A DNA stretch of 64,000 nt from Rhynchobatus australiae. Its lineage: Eukaryota. Positions 36,316 through 49,829 of this stretch are shown piece by piece. The position numbers and the translations under genes are program-made. Where the stretch lies: contig JAUZTB010000002.1 of assembly GCA_034780895.1 (NCBI GenBank), forward strand, positions 40,109,020-40,173,019. The letters run 5' to 3'. Under the pieces are notes generated by a model. It searched no databases and was not told where the DNA came from. It worked only from the letters and a program-made list of their open reading frames with translations. Each line of letters starts with the position of its first letter. The stretch's first letter is position 1.

Positions 36316-39300
36316 AAAGTCAGGATGATCTTAACCCACCATTTTATAGGATGAAATGTATAGGAAATTGGATTGACAACAGGAATCAGAATATTGGTAA
36401 ATAGGTATTGCTTGAATTGAAAAGGGGATGATTATGGTTTGCCACAACTCAACGCTGAATCTCTTGACATGCACAAATGGCTTGTGGCTCATCAAAGTTA
36501 AGATGAATTTAAAATCTGAAATCACAACATATATAGATTTTCCAAATGCCAAGGAGTGGTTTTAAAAGCCCAGTCAAAACAACTAGTTCAGTGGACAAAG
36601 ATAACAGGTGGAAATTACATTCTAATGTCAACAGGTAGGAGATAATAAATTTTGGAGATAAACCATGAATGACAGAATACACTCAATGGAAAGATGCCAA
36701 AGGTTGCAAATGAACTTCAAATGAATAAAAGTTGAAATTCTGAGTATAAAATAATTAAAGGTATTTTTGATTCTACAAACAAGCCCATAAAGGAAATATT
36801 AATGATAATTCTGAACAAAACATTGATTAGGTTTCCATCTGTGTGTAGCATGGAATTCAGGGCTCTCAGTTGTAGAAGGAACAATAACATCATCGAGCAT
36901 GTAGAATCAACAAGATGATGCCAAATATGGTAAACCAGAATATTAAGGGACTTTGGGTACTTGGACTGTTTCCATCCATGCAGAAAAGTCACATAGGAGA
37001 TTTTATAGAAACTTTAAACAAGTACTGAAGATCCTAATTGTGATTAAACTGAGTCTATTTTTTCCCAGTGGCTGCAGAGTCCATGAAGAAGGATATTGAT
37101 CTAAAATTGTCAATGAAGGAATAAGGATTAAGCCCAGAGAAATTTCTTAGTGAAAGGTGGTCAGATACCACATCAGGAAGTGGAGGAAGAGACCTTTGCC
37201 TTATTAAACTAAAATGAGATAAATCCCAGCAGCTATATTGCCACTGGGGTAGTGAAGTGGGAGTTATTTGAGGACTGGCACTCAGAGAGTGCCATGATTA
37301 TTGCCAGAAATTTGGGTTCAGACCTCCATGGCTTGCTGCTTGTGGTCACAAATAAATTATATCTTGAGCAAATAGAAGCCATCCCCATTCAAGGACTGTG
37401 CTGATCTGTGATGGTGAATATGTAGAGCCACTACAGTTGGTANNNNNNNNNNNNNNNNNNNNNNNNNNNNNNNNNNNNNNNNNNNNNNNNNNNNNNNNNN
37501 NNNNNNNNNNNNNNNNNNNNNNNNNNNNNNNNNNNNNNNNNNNNNNNNNNNNNNNNNNNNNNNNNNNNNNNNNNNNNNNNNNNNNNNNNNNNNNNNNNNN
37601 NNNNNNNNNNNNNNNNNNNNNNNNNNNNNNNNNNNNNNNNNNNNNNNNNNNNNNNNNNNNNNNNNNNNNNNNNNNNNNNNNNNNNNNNNNNNNNNNNNNN
37701 NNNNNNNNNNNNNNNNNNNNNNNNNNNNNNNNNNNNNNNNNNNNNNNNNNNNNNNNNNNNNNNNNNNNNNNNNNNNNNNNNNNNNNNNNNNNNNNNNNNN
37801 NNNNNNNNNNNNNNNNNNNNNNNNNNNNNNNNNNNNNNNNNNNNNNNNNNNNNNNNNNNNNNNNNNNNNNNNNNNNNNNNNNNNNNNNNNNNNNNNNNNN
37901 NNNNNNNNNNNNNNNNNNNNNNNNNNNNNNNNNNNNNNNNNNNNNNNNNNNNNNNNNNNNNGCTTTATTTGTATTTTGGTTCTATGAGTCTGTTTATCAT
38001 TAAAGCAAGCTTTGAGGTTTAGGTTAAACACTGGTCAGACTGATGGTATGAAAGTCCCTTCTGTCCACTAACTCTATTGGTCTGTTGTGAAACGAGCTTG
38101 GATCAACTCAATCCAATTTCAACAATAAATTGAATCTAATTCCGAACTATTTGGCAGTAACACGGGAAGAGGCCACCCAATAAGGGAAATGGAAACCAAA
38201 GTTACACTAGTATAGCTGGATAGAGATGTAACATAACGAAAAGAAGCTTTAACCTACATCTGGTTATGTTACAGCTGATGTAATGGAATTGGGAAGAGTT
38301 TCACTTCCCAGCAATAATATCCCTCACAATATATGAAAACACAACAGCAATTTTATTTTCAAAAAAACAATGGAGTTAGATTAATGGCCAGTTACAAACA
38401 TCAAGACAAGGGGAGATGAGCTTTTGAATTAAATTGTGTTTTCCAGTCACAACTTCTTTAGGTTTCACAGATAACACAACAGATGAGTACTTATGGAGTC
38501 ATAGAACTGGGACCAGGGAATGGAAGGGTGATCGCTGTAGGAAGCTAATTTCAGTAAGGTGAGATAAAATTTGCAAAATCTTTGCTGAGAACCTTAAAAG
38601 GAGTGCAGGAGTGAATAGATAATGGAAGAGATTTAAGTTATTCGCAAATTATATGTGGCACATATTTTTATGATGAAATCTAGGGTGTAATTTTGCTTGC
38701 AACTTGCCAAGTTTATAGTTATATTCTACAATATCTCATTCAGTTTAAGTAATAATGATCTTTTATGCTGCTTTTCTGCATTGATTTAGCAGGTAAGAAA
38801 GACAAATTTGTGCATCTACACTATCATTATTTTAAAAACCTCTCTTTGGCCACTGCTTGTTCCTTTCCCAATTGTTATAAACTCTGGTTTTATTCTTTTT
38901 TTGCAACATCATGGTGTTTGCATAGCTTTGCTTATAATAAAGTGAACAATTAGAATCCACGTTTGATCTAATGAAGACTTGCTACAAGTTCAACATAATT
39001 TCTGTACTTTTGAATTCTAGATATAAAAATCCAGTTATTGGGTTGCTTTTCATATGGCCTTATTAAATTGCATTCCTTGTTACAGTCATTTGTACACTTA
39101 AGTCAGTTAGCTACTCCATCCTATTTAATTATTTTCTGTATAAGATGTGAACTTTGTTATATTTCTCCCCAAAATGTACTACTTCAGATTTAGTGTTGAT
39201 ATTCATATGTCCCTTCCACGTTTTTAATCATCTCCTCTTGTAATTTGCTCCTTAGTACTCAAGAATCAGAAAATATCTACTCTCCTCAATTCTGGACTCA

Positions 39301-40199
39301 TCTGGTGTAACAACCTGCCTTTTCCACCAACTCTTATTTGCACCTGGTTTCCCATTGCTTTCTTGCTCAAACGCTTGTTCATTCAATCTTTGTTCTATTT
39401 CCTGCAGAATTAACAATTGAATTAGTTAACATTTAAGTCAAATTTCCCATTTATGAGCAAATATGATGGACTGCTGTAGCACTTCCATGAAGGTGATAAT
39501 GATCTTTCTCGTCAATATTTTGGTTGCAGAGTGAGAGGAGTCATCTTGTATGTGGGATTCCAGTCAAACAAAGTTTATTGCAAAGGAAACTTCCTTCCAT
39601 AGTGATATAACATCAATTAATTCAAAGCTGTACCAGCAACTGCATCAATGTGGCAATTTCATTTGCCACACCAGACATATTTGTGGTGTCTCTGTGTAAT
39701 AATGCTAATTCAGGACCAAATTATCAGTAATTTCCTATCTACTTCATGCACATAAAACTGGCTGAGAGCAGCCAAAAATCCATTTTAATTTGATCTTTTA
39801 CATCATTACAGGGAAGTTATTTTCATCCTGTTGATTTGAGCTTGATTTAGAACCAGATTCCAGGTATGAAATATTTTTAATCGATCCCACTCCAAATTGT
39901 CTTCATAAAAAAGTCAATATTTGGAAGTCATACTCGACTTTTATGTTTTAATTCATGGGAAACACTACGTGTGCATGTAATAGAAATTAAGTTTACTTGG
40001 ATAAGTCATTTCAATAATCCCTGATACTAACAGTGATACAGTCAATGCAAAGGATACAGAAGGAATAGAATTCCTACACTACACTCAGAACAATATTTTT
40101 ACCCTGTATGTTACAAATTAAACAATTGGCACTGGTGATAGTGGGGCATGGGGAGTGAGAGGTGCAATTTCTAATCCAGTTTTAAAGATTCAGTTTTGT

Positions 40200-42125
40200 G
40201 AACAAAAAATGTTACTAGACCAAGAAGTGATTTAGCAAAGGGGGTCAGGAAGCATCAACTTTAAGGTAAATCAGTCTCACAAGAACAGGACGCATTCAGG
40301 AAGGAAGTCAGGGTAAACATACCCCTTCACAGGAAAAGGATGGGTTGCCAAATCTGAAGTCCTTTGTAAATCTGAAGTGGATTATAATGTACATTGAGGA
40401 TAGATTAAGTCAAAAAAGAGAAATTTATGTCAGACAGAGAGAGATTAATACATCAGAAAGCCTGGAAGAGTACAGGAATTGTAGGTATAATATCAAAAGG
40501 GGAATTTGGAAAGCAAAGAGGATAAGAAAAATATTGGTATATATAAATCAAAGCATGCAGGTACATAAAAAGCCAGAAGATAACTAAAGAAAGAGGAAGC
40601 CTATTAGAGTAAAAGAAAGATAACGTGTGTCAATGTGAGGGTATGTATAATATTTCACAATTGCCTTAACAAAGGAGGGGGATGATGCCAATGCTGTGTG
40701 TTTAGCGGAACAAGTGTGAAATGTTGGACTGGGTAAGCATAGTTAACAAAAAGGATACGTGAAGGAGTTTGGTATCTTTGACTATGAATAAATTGCAGGT
40801 CTGGATGAAACTGTAGAGGTTATGACTACACATTTTCAAATCTCTCTGATTACAGAGCACTGGAGGATTGCTAATGGTGTTTAAAAAGGGAAAAAGGGAT
40901 AAACCAAGTAATTACACGTTACTGGTAAACAAATTATTGAAATCCATTCTAAGGGACAATATCATTTAGAAAGGCACAGATTAATAAAGGACAGTCAGCA
41001 CTGATTTATTGAGGGAAGATCATGATTGCTAATTGATTAAATTTTTTGAGGAAGTAACAAGGAGCATTGATGATGGCAGTGTGTTTGATGCAAGCCTTCT
41101 GTCAGGGTCTAGTATGGTAGGCCGGTCAGTATAGTAACAGCCATGGCATCCAGAGGAAAGTGGCAAATTGGATGCACATTGAATTCAATAGCCAGAAGCA
41201 AAGGGTAAATGACTGATGAGTGAATTTTGTGATTGTAAGCTTGTGACTAGTGGGATGATTCTGTGCTCTGTCTTTTGCTTCTTGTAGTGTATATTATTGA
41301 TTTACACTCAAGTGTATGATAAACAAGTACGCTGAAGATACAAAAATTGGTTGTGTGGTCAACAGTGAGAACAGCTTCAAACAAAGTGGTATGAGGCAAT
41401 GCATTTGGGAAAGTGCAACAAGCAAAGAAATATACAATAAACTGCGGGATATTGCGTGGTGTGGCAGAACGGAGAGACTTTGAAGTATATGCCCACGGAT
41501 CCCTAAAGGCAGCAGGACTGGTTAATAATGTGGTTAAAAAGGAGTAAGGGAGGTTTTATTCCTTGATAGAGACATAAAACATAAAACCCAGGGGAAGTTA
41601 TTCTCGAACTGTATACAACATTTGTTAGGGCACAGCTGGAGTACTGTGTACCGTTTTGGTCACCACGACAGGAAGGATGCGATTGCACTGGACAAAGATG
41701 TTGCTGTGATCGAAAAATTGTAGCCATGAAGGAAGGCCGAAAATTTTCTTTGGTGAGGAGGCTAAAGGGTATTTAGTTAAAGCATATAAAAGTACAAGGG
41801 GCTGAGTAGGAGAAATGGGAAGATCCTATTTCTCCTAGGGGAGGGGTCATAAATCAAAGGACATAGATTTAAAGTAATCAGAGGAGTTAGAAGGAAAATC
41901 AGGAAAATACCTTTTGCCCAGAATGTAAAGCTACTGTCAGAAAGAGTGGTTGTGGCAGAAGCCCTCAATAAATTTGAACAATATTTGGATATGCAACTGA
42001 AGAGCTACGATCTGGAAGGACTACAGACCAGGTGCTACAAGTTTGGACCAGGCTGGGTCGCCCTTTCTCGACTGGCATGGATTGAACGGCCTTCTTCTAT
42101 ATTGTACATTTTCTATGATTCAATG
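40200..42125 (+). mobile_element. CR1 LINE ORF2 remnant, heavily degraded
   Basis: Recognisable CR1 segments (ctggaggattgctaatg, aaggacagtcagca..gggaagatcatg, gatacaaaaattgg, ttgttagggcacagctggagtactgtg, 3' tail ttctatgattc) with many stops and frameshifts. Confidence 0.75.
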
Positions 42126-43189
42126 AAATACACCACTATAATTTCATATTCTTGAAATAAACTTAATATTGCATGTAAAACTGATTCCGTGAAGTGCTAT
42201 GTCTTCACCACACTTCGCTTTATAAGGAATGAGCTTCATTCTTGTAATAGCACTCATATTTAATTCTGTAAAGATTATTAAATCAATATGGTCAATAATA
42301 TTGAGTTTTTGTTCCCCTTAAGGAGAATACGCCATTCTATCAACTCCTCTTCCTCCTCCAATGTACATCTTGCATCATCACTCCACTGAAACCAAGATTC
42401 ATCACATTTCTCATTCTTTCTCTACCTTTTGCTGGAATCAAAATTCTCTATCATTCATTCCTTTTTACCTCACACAATATTTAGATTTTCAAATTCCAGT
42501 TTTGCATTACAATTCATTATTTCTACACTTACTTCAGATTTCCCTTTCTTCAACCATGGCAATGCCTTGGCTCATTAATAGAAAATTAAAAACTTGCTCA
42601 AGATAAGTATTGTTATGCGTGACATCGTTAGAGGATAAGGACATAAATTAAGAACACAAGAACACGATGATACATAGGTGATAAAGGCTCACTACTCAAT
42701 TACATTTCTTTACAATAAAGCAATTTTTCAAACCACCTATTTAACCTATTTGGGGGTTTACTAACTATAAGACAAATAAATTTGGTCCCTGTAAACATGT
42801 TGCTTCAGACCTCAAGCCCAAAATATAATATTACAAGAGTTTTTGCTCTGTAAAACTGCATTAAAAATTGAAGGAACTCGAGACAGAAGTTTCAAATCTG
42901 ATATTGCTCCAGTTAAAAAGGTAAATAGTCATCAATTTAAGATAAAAGGTTTAGAAAAGTTATGCGATCAGGTAATCCAGGTGATGAATATTTGGACGTA
43001 TTAAATGAGTGAAACTCACCAATGGTAGCTCCAATTAACTTCCTTATCAAATATTACTGTTAACAAAGCATCTTAAAGTGAGCATATCATGAGTTTGACA
43101 ACGAGTGCATGCTATTCACTCACAATAGCATATTTTCTACCATTCCCTGATCGATCATGCAACAGACAGTGTTAAATGATTCTACGCAC

Positions 43190-44245
43190 AATTGGGGCAG
43201 CCAATTGGATTCGACGTTGGCCTAGTGGGAGAAGCCAGAGAGTAGCAGTAGATTGTTGTCTCTCTAACTGGAGGTCTGTGATGAGTGCTGGGTCCGTTGT
43301 TGTTTATCATCTATATTTATAATTTAGATGATAATGTGGTAAACTGGATCAGCAAATTTGTGGATGACACCAAAATTGGGGGTGTCGTGGACAGTGAGGA
43401 AGGCTTTCAAAGCTTGCAGCATGATCTTGACCATCTAGAAAAATGGGCTGGAAAATGGCAGGCGGAATTTAATGCAGACAAGTGTGAGGTGTTACACTTT
43501 GGGAGGACAAACCAGGATAAGACTTATACAGTGGTAGGGCTCTGAGGTGTGCAGTAGAACAAAGGGACCTGAGAATACAGATCCGTAGTTCCTTGAAAGT
43601 GGCATCACGGGTAGATAGGTTTATAAAGAGAGTTTTTGGCACTTCAACCTTCGTAAATCAGGCATTGAGTACAGGGGTTGGGAAGTTATGTTGAAATTGT
43701 ACAAGATGTTGGTGAGGCCAAATTTGGCTTATTGTGTGCAGTTCTGGTCATCTACCTAAAGGAAAGATATCAATAAGCTTGAAAGACAGCAGAGAAAATT
43801 TACAAGGATGTTGCTGGGACTTGAGGACCTGAGTTAAAGGGAAAGGCTGAATAGGTTAGGAGCACAGGAGAATGAGGGAAGATCTTATTGAGTTATACAA
43901 AGTTATGAGGGGAATAGATAGAATGAATGCTTTTTCCCCTAAGGTTGGGTGAGACTAGAACTAGAGGTCAAAGGTTTAGGGTGAAAGGTGAAATATATAA
44001 GGGGAATCTGAAGGGGACCTTCTTAACCCAGAGGGTGGTGGGAGTGTGGAATGAGCTGCCACCGGAAGTAATAGATGTAGGTTCAATTGTAACATTTAAG
44101 AGAGGTTTGGATAGGTACATGGATGGGAGTGGTTTGGAAGAATATGGTCAGGGTGCAGATAGATGGGACTAGACAGATCAGGGTGGCGTGCACTAGATAG
44201 GCCAAAAGGCCTGTTTCTGTGCTGTAGTAATCTATAACTCTAATT
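43190..44245 (+). mobile_element. CR1 (HER1-like) LINE, 5'-truncated RT + 3' tail
   Basis: LGPLLFIIYIYNLDD..ISKFVDDTKIGG..LQHDLDHLEKWA.KWQAEFNADKCEVLHFG; RTRG..F.V.G..FLTQRVVGVWNELP; tail ctataactcta. Confidence 0.9.
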
Positions 44246-44289
44246 GATCAGATGGTACGCTCTGTAGCCCTGTCCCATCAATTCATGAA

Positions 44290-45900
44290 TAGTGGTGGAT
44301 GCTTTAGTAGCTAACAAGAGGAGACAGTACCAAGAAAATTCCCATCCTCAATGATGGTGGGGCTCAGCATATAAGTACGAAAAAAAAGCTATTTCATTCA
44401 TAACCATGGTCAGTCAGAAGTGCTGAGTGGATGATCCATCTTGGCTTCTTCCCAAGATCCCACTATCACAGGATCCAATCTTAAACCAACTCAATTCAGT
44501 TCACATGACATCAAGATAAGATTGAAAGTACTGTATACAACAGAGGTCCATGGGACTAGATAACATTCTGGCTGTGGTACTTAAAACTTGTGTTTCAGAA
44601 CCAGCTGCACCTCAGCCATGCTGCTAACAGAGCTGGCATCTGTGCAACTGGAGGAAAATTATCCAGTTATCTCCTATTCATAAAAAGCAGATCTAATCAA
44701 GATGACTAATTACCAACTAATTTATTATCAATAATCGGCAAAGTGATGGAATGTGTCGCTAATAATGTGAAGAAATGGCACTTTCATTCCAATAATCTGC
44801 TCCCCAATGCCAATTTTTGATTTTGCTTACTCTGCTTAGCTCTAGTCCTATCACAGCCTTGATCCAAATGTAAACCAAGAGCTGAATTCCAGTGACAGCC
44901 CTTGTCACAAAGGCAGGACTTGATTAGATGTGGCTTCAAGTCAGTGAACTCAGTGGGCATCAACTAGAAGGTATCCAATGGTTGGAAGCATGATGTGTAC
45001 AGAGGAAGATGATTGTAGTTATTGAACCTCAATCATATAAACCCCAGGACACTACTGCTGGAGTTGCTCAGGGATGTTCCCCAGGCCCAACTATCTTCAG
45101 CTACTTCATCAATGACCTTCCTTCCAGCATAAGGTTAAATGTCCGAGGCAGCTTGCAGGTATGAGCTGCTAGGTGGGAAGTATTATTCATGCCACAAAAG
45201 TATCATTCTTTCAACCAGTGAGAGAATCTAACCACTGACCTTTGATATTCAATGGCATTACTAAGGCTGAACCTTCCATATCTACATCCTGAAAGTCACC
45301 ATTGACCACAAGCTCAATTGGATCAGCCATACAAATACCAACTGTGAGGGCAAATCAGACACTGGGTATCTTGTAGCAAATGACTCATTCCTTGACACCC
45401 CAAGGCCTCTCCACCATCTGCAAGACACAAGTCAGGAAGACAATGGTATACTTTCCACTTGCCTGAATGAGCCCAGCTCCAGACAACACTCAAAGAGTTG
45501 CTCCCCATATTCATTTCCTCTACCACCGATGTGTTGTGACTGCTGTGTGTACCATCTAAAAAAGGCACTTCAGTTACTCACCTAGACTACTCCAAACACA
45601 CCTCTTAAACCTGCAGCCTCTGGGGATAAAGGCAACAGGTGCATCGGAAGAGCATCACCTGCAGGTAAGTACCTCCACCCACCCCCTCCCTCCCAAGTAA
45701 CACATCATTATGGCAAATATATCTCACTTTACCTTCATTGTTGCTCTGTCCAAATCTTGGAACTGCCTATCCTACAGAACTATGGAAATACCTTCACCTA
45801 AAGGAATGCTATAGTTCAAGGAAGTGTTTTGCCAGCATCCTCAAAGACAAATAGCTAAGAACAATAAATGCTGGCTATGCGAGGGATACTTACATCTGAC
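44290..45900 (+). mobile_element. CR1-group LINE of a second family, degraded RT to 3' end
   Basis: cccatcctcaatgatgg, ggagttgctcagggatgttccccaggcccaactatcttcagctacttcatcaatgaccttcc (GVPQG..LGP..F..FINDL motif), tail aataaatgctggc. Another fragment at about 53550-54300. Confidence 0.75.
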
Positions 45901-46599
45901 TAGATTTTTCAAGGCCAATTCCACTGGTTTATGCTTCATTTATTTACCATACAAAATTTTATTGAGAGAAAATCTTTCAAAATGTGTCACTTCACTGCAT
46001 ATCTGAGTTCACTGTTTTCTAGCATGCATGTCCAGGTTGAGGGAATTCAATCTCACCATCTCAGGAAATGATAAGTTACATTTATGTTGGTTGGATTCAA
46101 TCTGTGCCTAGGCTAATACTCAATAATATAGGCACTCTTGATTAAGCAACTGTGCCAGATATTAGAGGTAGAATTGCATTTAGTATTTATGAAGTATGGT
46201 TCAAATTTGCTATTTTGATTATCACAATTAAATCAGTAATTTCTGTAATTTCAGGTAAATAAGCAAATAAAGGCAAATAAATTTGTCAAATTATGTGAAT
46301 AAAAGTCTTCCAATCTTATGTATTCTGATTAGCCAGGGTCCAGATGCCATAATGTTATTAAATGTTTAAAATAAACTTACTTGGATGAGATTAATAAAAA
46401 AAAGTCATTGATGGAAAGTACTGAAATGGTCCCTCAGTAGCCCAAATTTGAAATATNNNNNNNNNNNNNNNNNNNNNNNNNNNNNNNNNNNNNNNNNNNN
46501 NNNNNNNNNNNATTGAAGATTTATAGCAGATTTGGTTTTAAAAACTGTCTGCATGGTCATGTTGAACACCAATCTGAAAGGAGACAACATACCAGAACA

Positions 46600-46716
46600 A
46601 AACCACCAACCTGATGCACTTTAAAAGTTAAAAGAAATCAGCATAGTTATTACTTCCATTTAAAGGGAGGAGTTTTAAAATTCACAGCTGTTTATGTCGG
46701 AGTCTCTCATATATAA
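46600..46716 (+). promoter_or_regulatory. col10a1 copy B proximal promoter (TATA box 46710-46716)
   Basis: Colinear homology with the copy A promoter: aaaccaccaacctgat, cagcatagttattacttccatttaaagggaggag, ctcatatataag. Confidence 0.75.
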
Positions 46717-46739
46717 GTACCAGCATTTATACTTTTGCA

Positions 46740-46826
46740 TTTCTGCTTCAGATGTTCCAAGATATCAGGGAATAATCCAATAGGGGATGCAAAACTGAAA
46801 TACGGTTCAGAAGAGAAAACATACTG
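46740..46826 (+). other. col10a1: col10a1 copy B non-coding exon 1 (start approximate)
   Basis: Ends at donor ctg|gtatgt 116 bp after the TATA; 376-bp intron to the acceptor ending at 47202. Confidence 0.65.
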
Positions 46827-47217
46827 GTATGTTGCATTTCAATTTTTAATTATGTTAGCATGCAAAGGAGCAAGAATGTCATGTCACAGATTTCAATCAA
46901 TTTCAAACAGGTTGGATTACTACATATGTATACTTCTTCCTTGTAATCCTCTGCAAATATATTTGAAATAATAATTGGAAACATGGACAGTAAGAAAGAC
47001 ATCATCCATGGAGATGTTCAATAATTTGTTTGAAACATGGCCTAATCAAGACTTTTCAAAGTCAGTTTCTCATGAAGGACATAACTATTGGTTATTGTTA
47101 GTCTCAAATTTTCATTTTGATAGTAAATTTCATTATGCTATTAAATATTTATTATTTTATTTGTTAGTGATTATAAATACATTTCTATTAAAACTTTTAC
47201 AGACTATGCCTTCAAAT

Positions 47218-47326
47218 ATGATTTCAAAGGAAATTGGTGCACTTCTGATGTCTATGTCTGTTACCCTGGTGTATGGAATAGGATATAAAACCTACAATCA
47301 ATCACCCTATAATACAAAAAGTCTTG
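47218..47326 (+). CDS. col10a1: Collagen X alpha-1-like copy B, first coding exon: MISKEIGALLMSMSVTLVYG-IGYKTYNQSPYNTKSL (alternative in-frame ATG at 47206)
   Basis: Acceptor ttttacag|47203, ATG 15 nt in as in copy A, homologous signal peptide (KE.GA.L....VTLV.G.GY), PYNTKS resembles human PYTIKS, phase-1 donor G|gtaagt. Confidence 0.9.
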
Positions 47327-49829
47327 GTAAGTTTTTCATCTCATATGGAAACAACTATATGAGATTGCTGTGATTTACACTAATTAAAAGATGCACCAAT
47401 TTTGGCTACTGTACTTTGTAGTATAGCCCAAGTTGAAGTTACTAGTTTACTGTCAATCTGGGTGATATTTTTGTTTTTAATTTTACGTATGATGAAAATT
47501 AGTGAAAATGGTTCTTCACTCCGCCTTTGCTCAAATAAACTCGTAGGCAAGGCACATACAAATACAGCTCATTCAACTTCTAATTTACCTATTCTCATCA
47601 AAAGCATCTTCTGATCTCCAAAAAATGACTTGAATTATATAGAATAACTTCACTTATATACACCTTTTGCAGTCCAGTTGCTGTGAGTTCAGTGATTAAT
47701 GCCAAATACAATCAATGCCTTCATTTCACTTTACAGCAGGTGATCAACCCATAGTATTTTTCTTTAAAATTTCCTAATTCTACAAAGTGCATCCCTACTT
47801 GCCTTGCCAGTGGTGGCAAACAGTTGCTGCTTAAAATTAAAAAGTTAAAAATTAAAATTAAAGTGGGACACTTTTAATTTGCCCTCTGGGCATTCAAGCT
47901 CAGGAGAGTTTCACCGCATGTTTCTGCATGTACCTGGTGGGGAGGCATCAGGCCTAAATGACTTGCTGGGACTACCGCAAATATTGATTTTGTAAGAGGA
48001 GGGACAAATGTGCTGAAGAGCTTACATACTGACAGAGTTACACCCACTGCACCGATGTTGCTCCCTTGCTGATGAAGATCATCATTTCTTCCGGTATGCA
48101 TGACAGATAATGGTCAACTCCCTTCAAAACTCCTTCACTGTATAGCCAGGGCAGCTATCTAAACTACCAGGAATGCTGAACAGCATGCAAGTACGATTCC
48201 TGTGGGCAACCAAGTAATGAAGCCATGTACTCATTTGCTTGTTCTCTTTCTCCACCATCATCCATTCATGACAATGTTTCCTAATATCCTTCATGATATC
48301 GCTGGATCCAAGTAGGCAATTTAAAAAAAACAACTTGCTTAGGATTATTCAGGCATTTTATATCTCAACCAAATATCTGAGGCTACAAAGCAATATCACA
48401 GAGGCTTGATGTGGTGGCCACACACAACCAAGTGGTAAAACTTCTTGGCCTGTCCTTCAACATCTTTTACCACTATTTTTCTGAGGCCTCCATATTTTTT
48501 TTCTTGTCCTGAGCTCTCAGAGACTTCACTCCTGCATTCCATAAAAAAAAGAGTCCCACATTCGCCAATGAAGTTCCTCGTGGGCTGTATCTGCCATTTG
48601 TATCTTCTGCTGGATATTGGTGCAAGTTGCTTCAACATGCCTTAGAACATTTTAAGTCACCTAGAATGTGCTGGTATCTGATCTGATACCTGGAAGAGTG
48701 GGTAACCTGACAGTATATTGGAAGACTTTTATTTACGTAGTTTGACAATGGATTCCACTTCTCAGAGTTATGTTCTTTTGTAGAACTCCCTTTCCTAAAA
48801 GAAAAATCAAGTAGAAATTCCAACCTCATGTTAAGTATAGTCAGGAAATTCACTACAATGGCAGACTGTCCAATTCTTTGTGTGACTGGTAGGACAACTT
48901 GTCCTTAAAATGTTAATGAGCGTCATTATTTAAAGTGACCCATGCCTCAGGCTAGCAACATTGTGGAGGCTGGTTTCATCTTTTGGGGCCTTTCTTTCAG
49001 AAAGTAGTATTTTCCTGAATGAAGGACTTTGAACATTTTATTTAGATTTGGAAAGTAGTCTGTGATAGTCCTGCAAAAAGAGCGTATGGCATCATGTTAA
49101 CTTAGGCTCAGCAAGTCAGTAACAAGCAAAGGAGATATTATCTCAAATATCATCTATCTAAGATATCTAGAAAGACGCACTGTGAAGTTCATTTTCCTAG
49201 AAATGTTACTAGTATTAAGAAAGTGTGATAATCTTAAGCCTAAATTTTAGCCAAAAGATTAACATAGATGACCTGGCAATAAGTACTTGTGCTCATTTTT
49301 GTGTATCACAGCCTGGGAGATATTTCTTTTCCCACCCCAGTTTTTCAGTCCTCAGGTATTTACTTTTGACTTAGTCACACAGAACAGCCTTTACATCTTC
49401 TGAAAATCAGTGGAATCAGTGGGAAAATCAGTGGGCTAGACAGCAGGATGAGGTATTTGTAAGATTCCAACAAGTGAGTTGCTTACTGGGCAATATTAAA
49501 AATGTCAAAGATGGAGAAGAAGAGTCTGTTTTAAAATCACAACAAAAAAGCAAAATGTATAATGGTTGCAAGATCTTCTTTTGAGGGCAAAAATATATTT
49601 GCATTCTTCCTTTCCAATATATTTTTATAAAGTTTTATATCAATCTGAAATAATTTTATATTAACCAATATTTACATACAACAAAGGAAATAATGTGTTA
49701 ATATGTTGAAATGCATGTAACCTTAAAAACTCCCAAGATTCAGATGCTACATTTCAGTTCTTTATTCAGAAATGTAATTATATTGTGCTAGCTTTCATTT
49801 AACTTAAAATGTGCTTTACCATACAGGTT

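Noticed and set aside
37357-38031. Long ORFs spanning N runs (also near 14608, 46405 and 56327)
   Set aside because: Artefacts of assembly gaps.
49341-49355. 15-nt in-frame micro-exon candidate (VFQSS) in copy B's long intron
   Set aside because: Weak donor (gtattt), very short and no motif support; plausible by chance.
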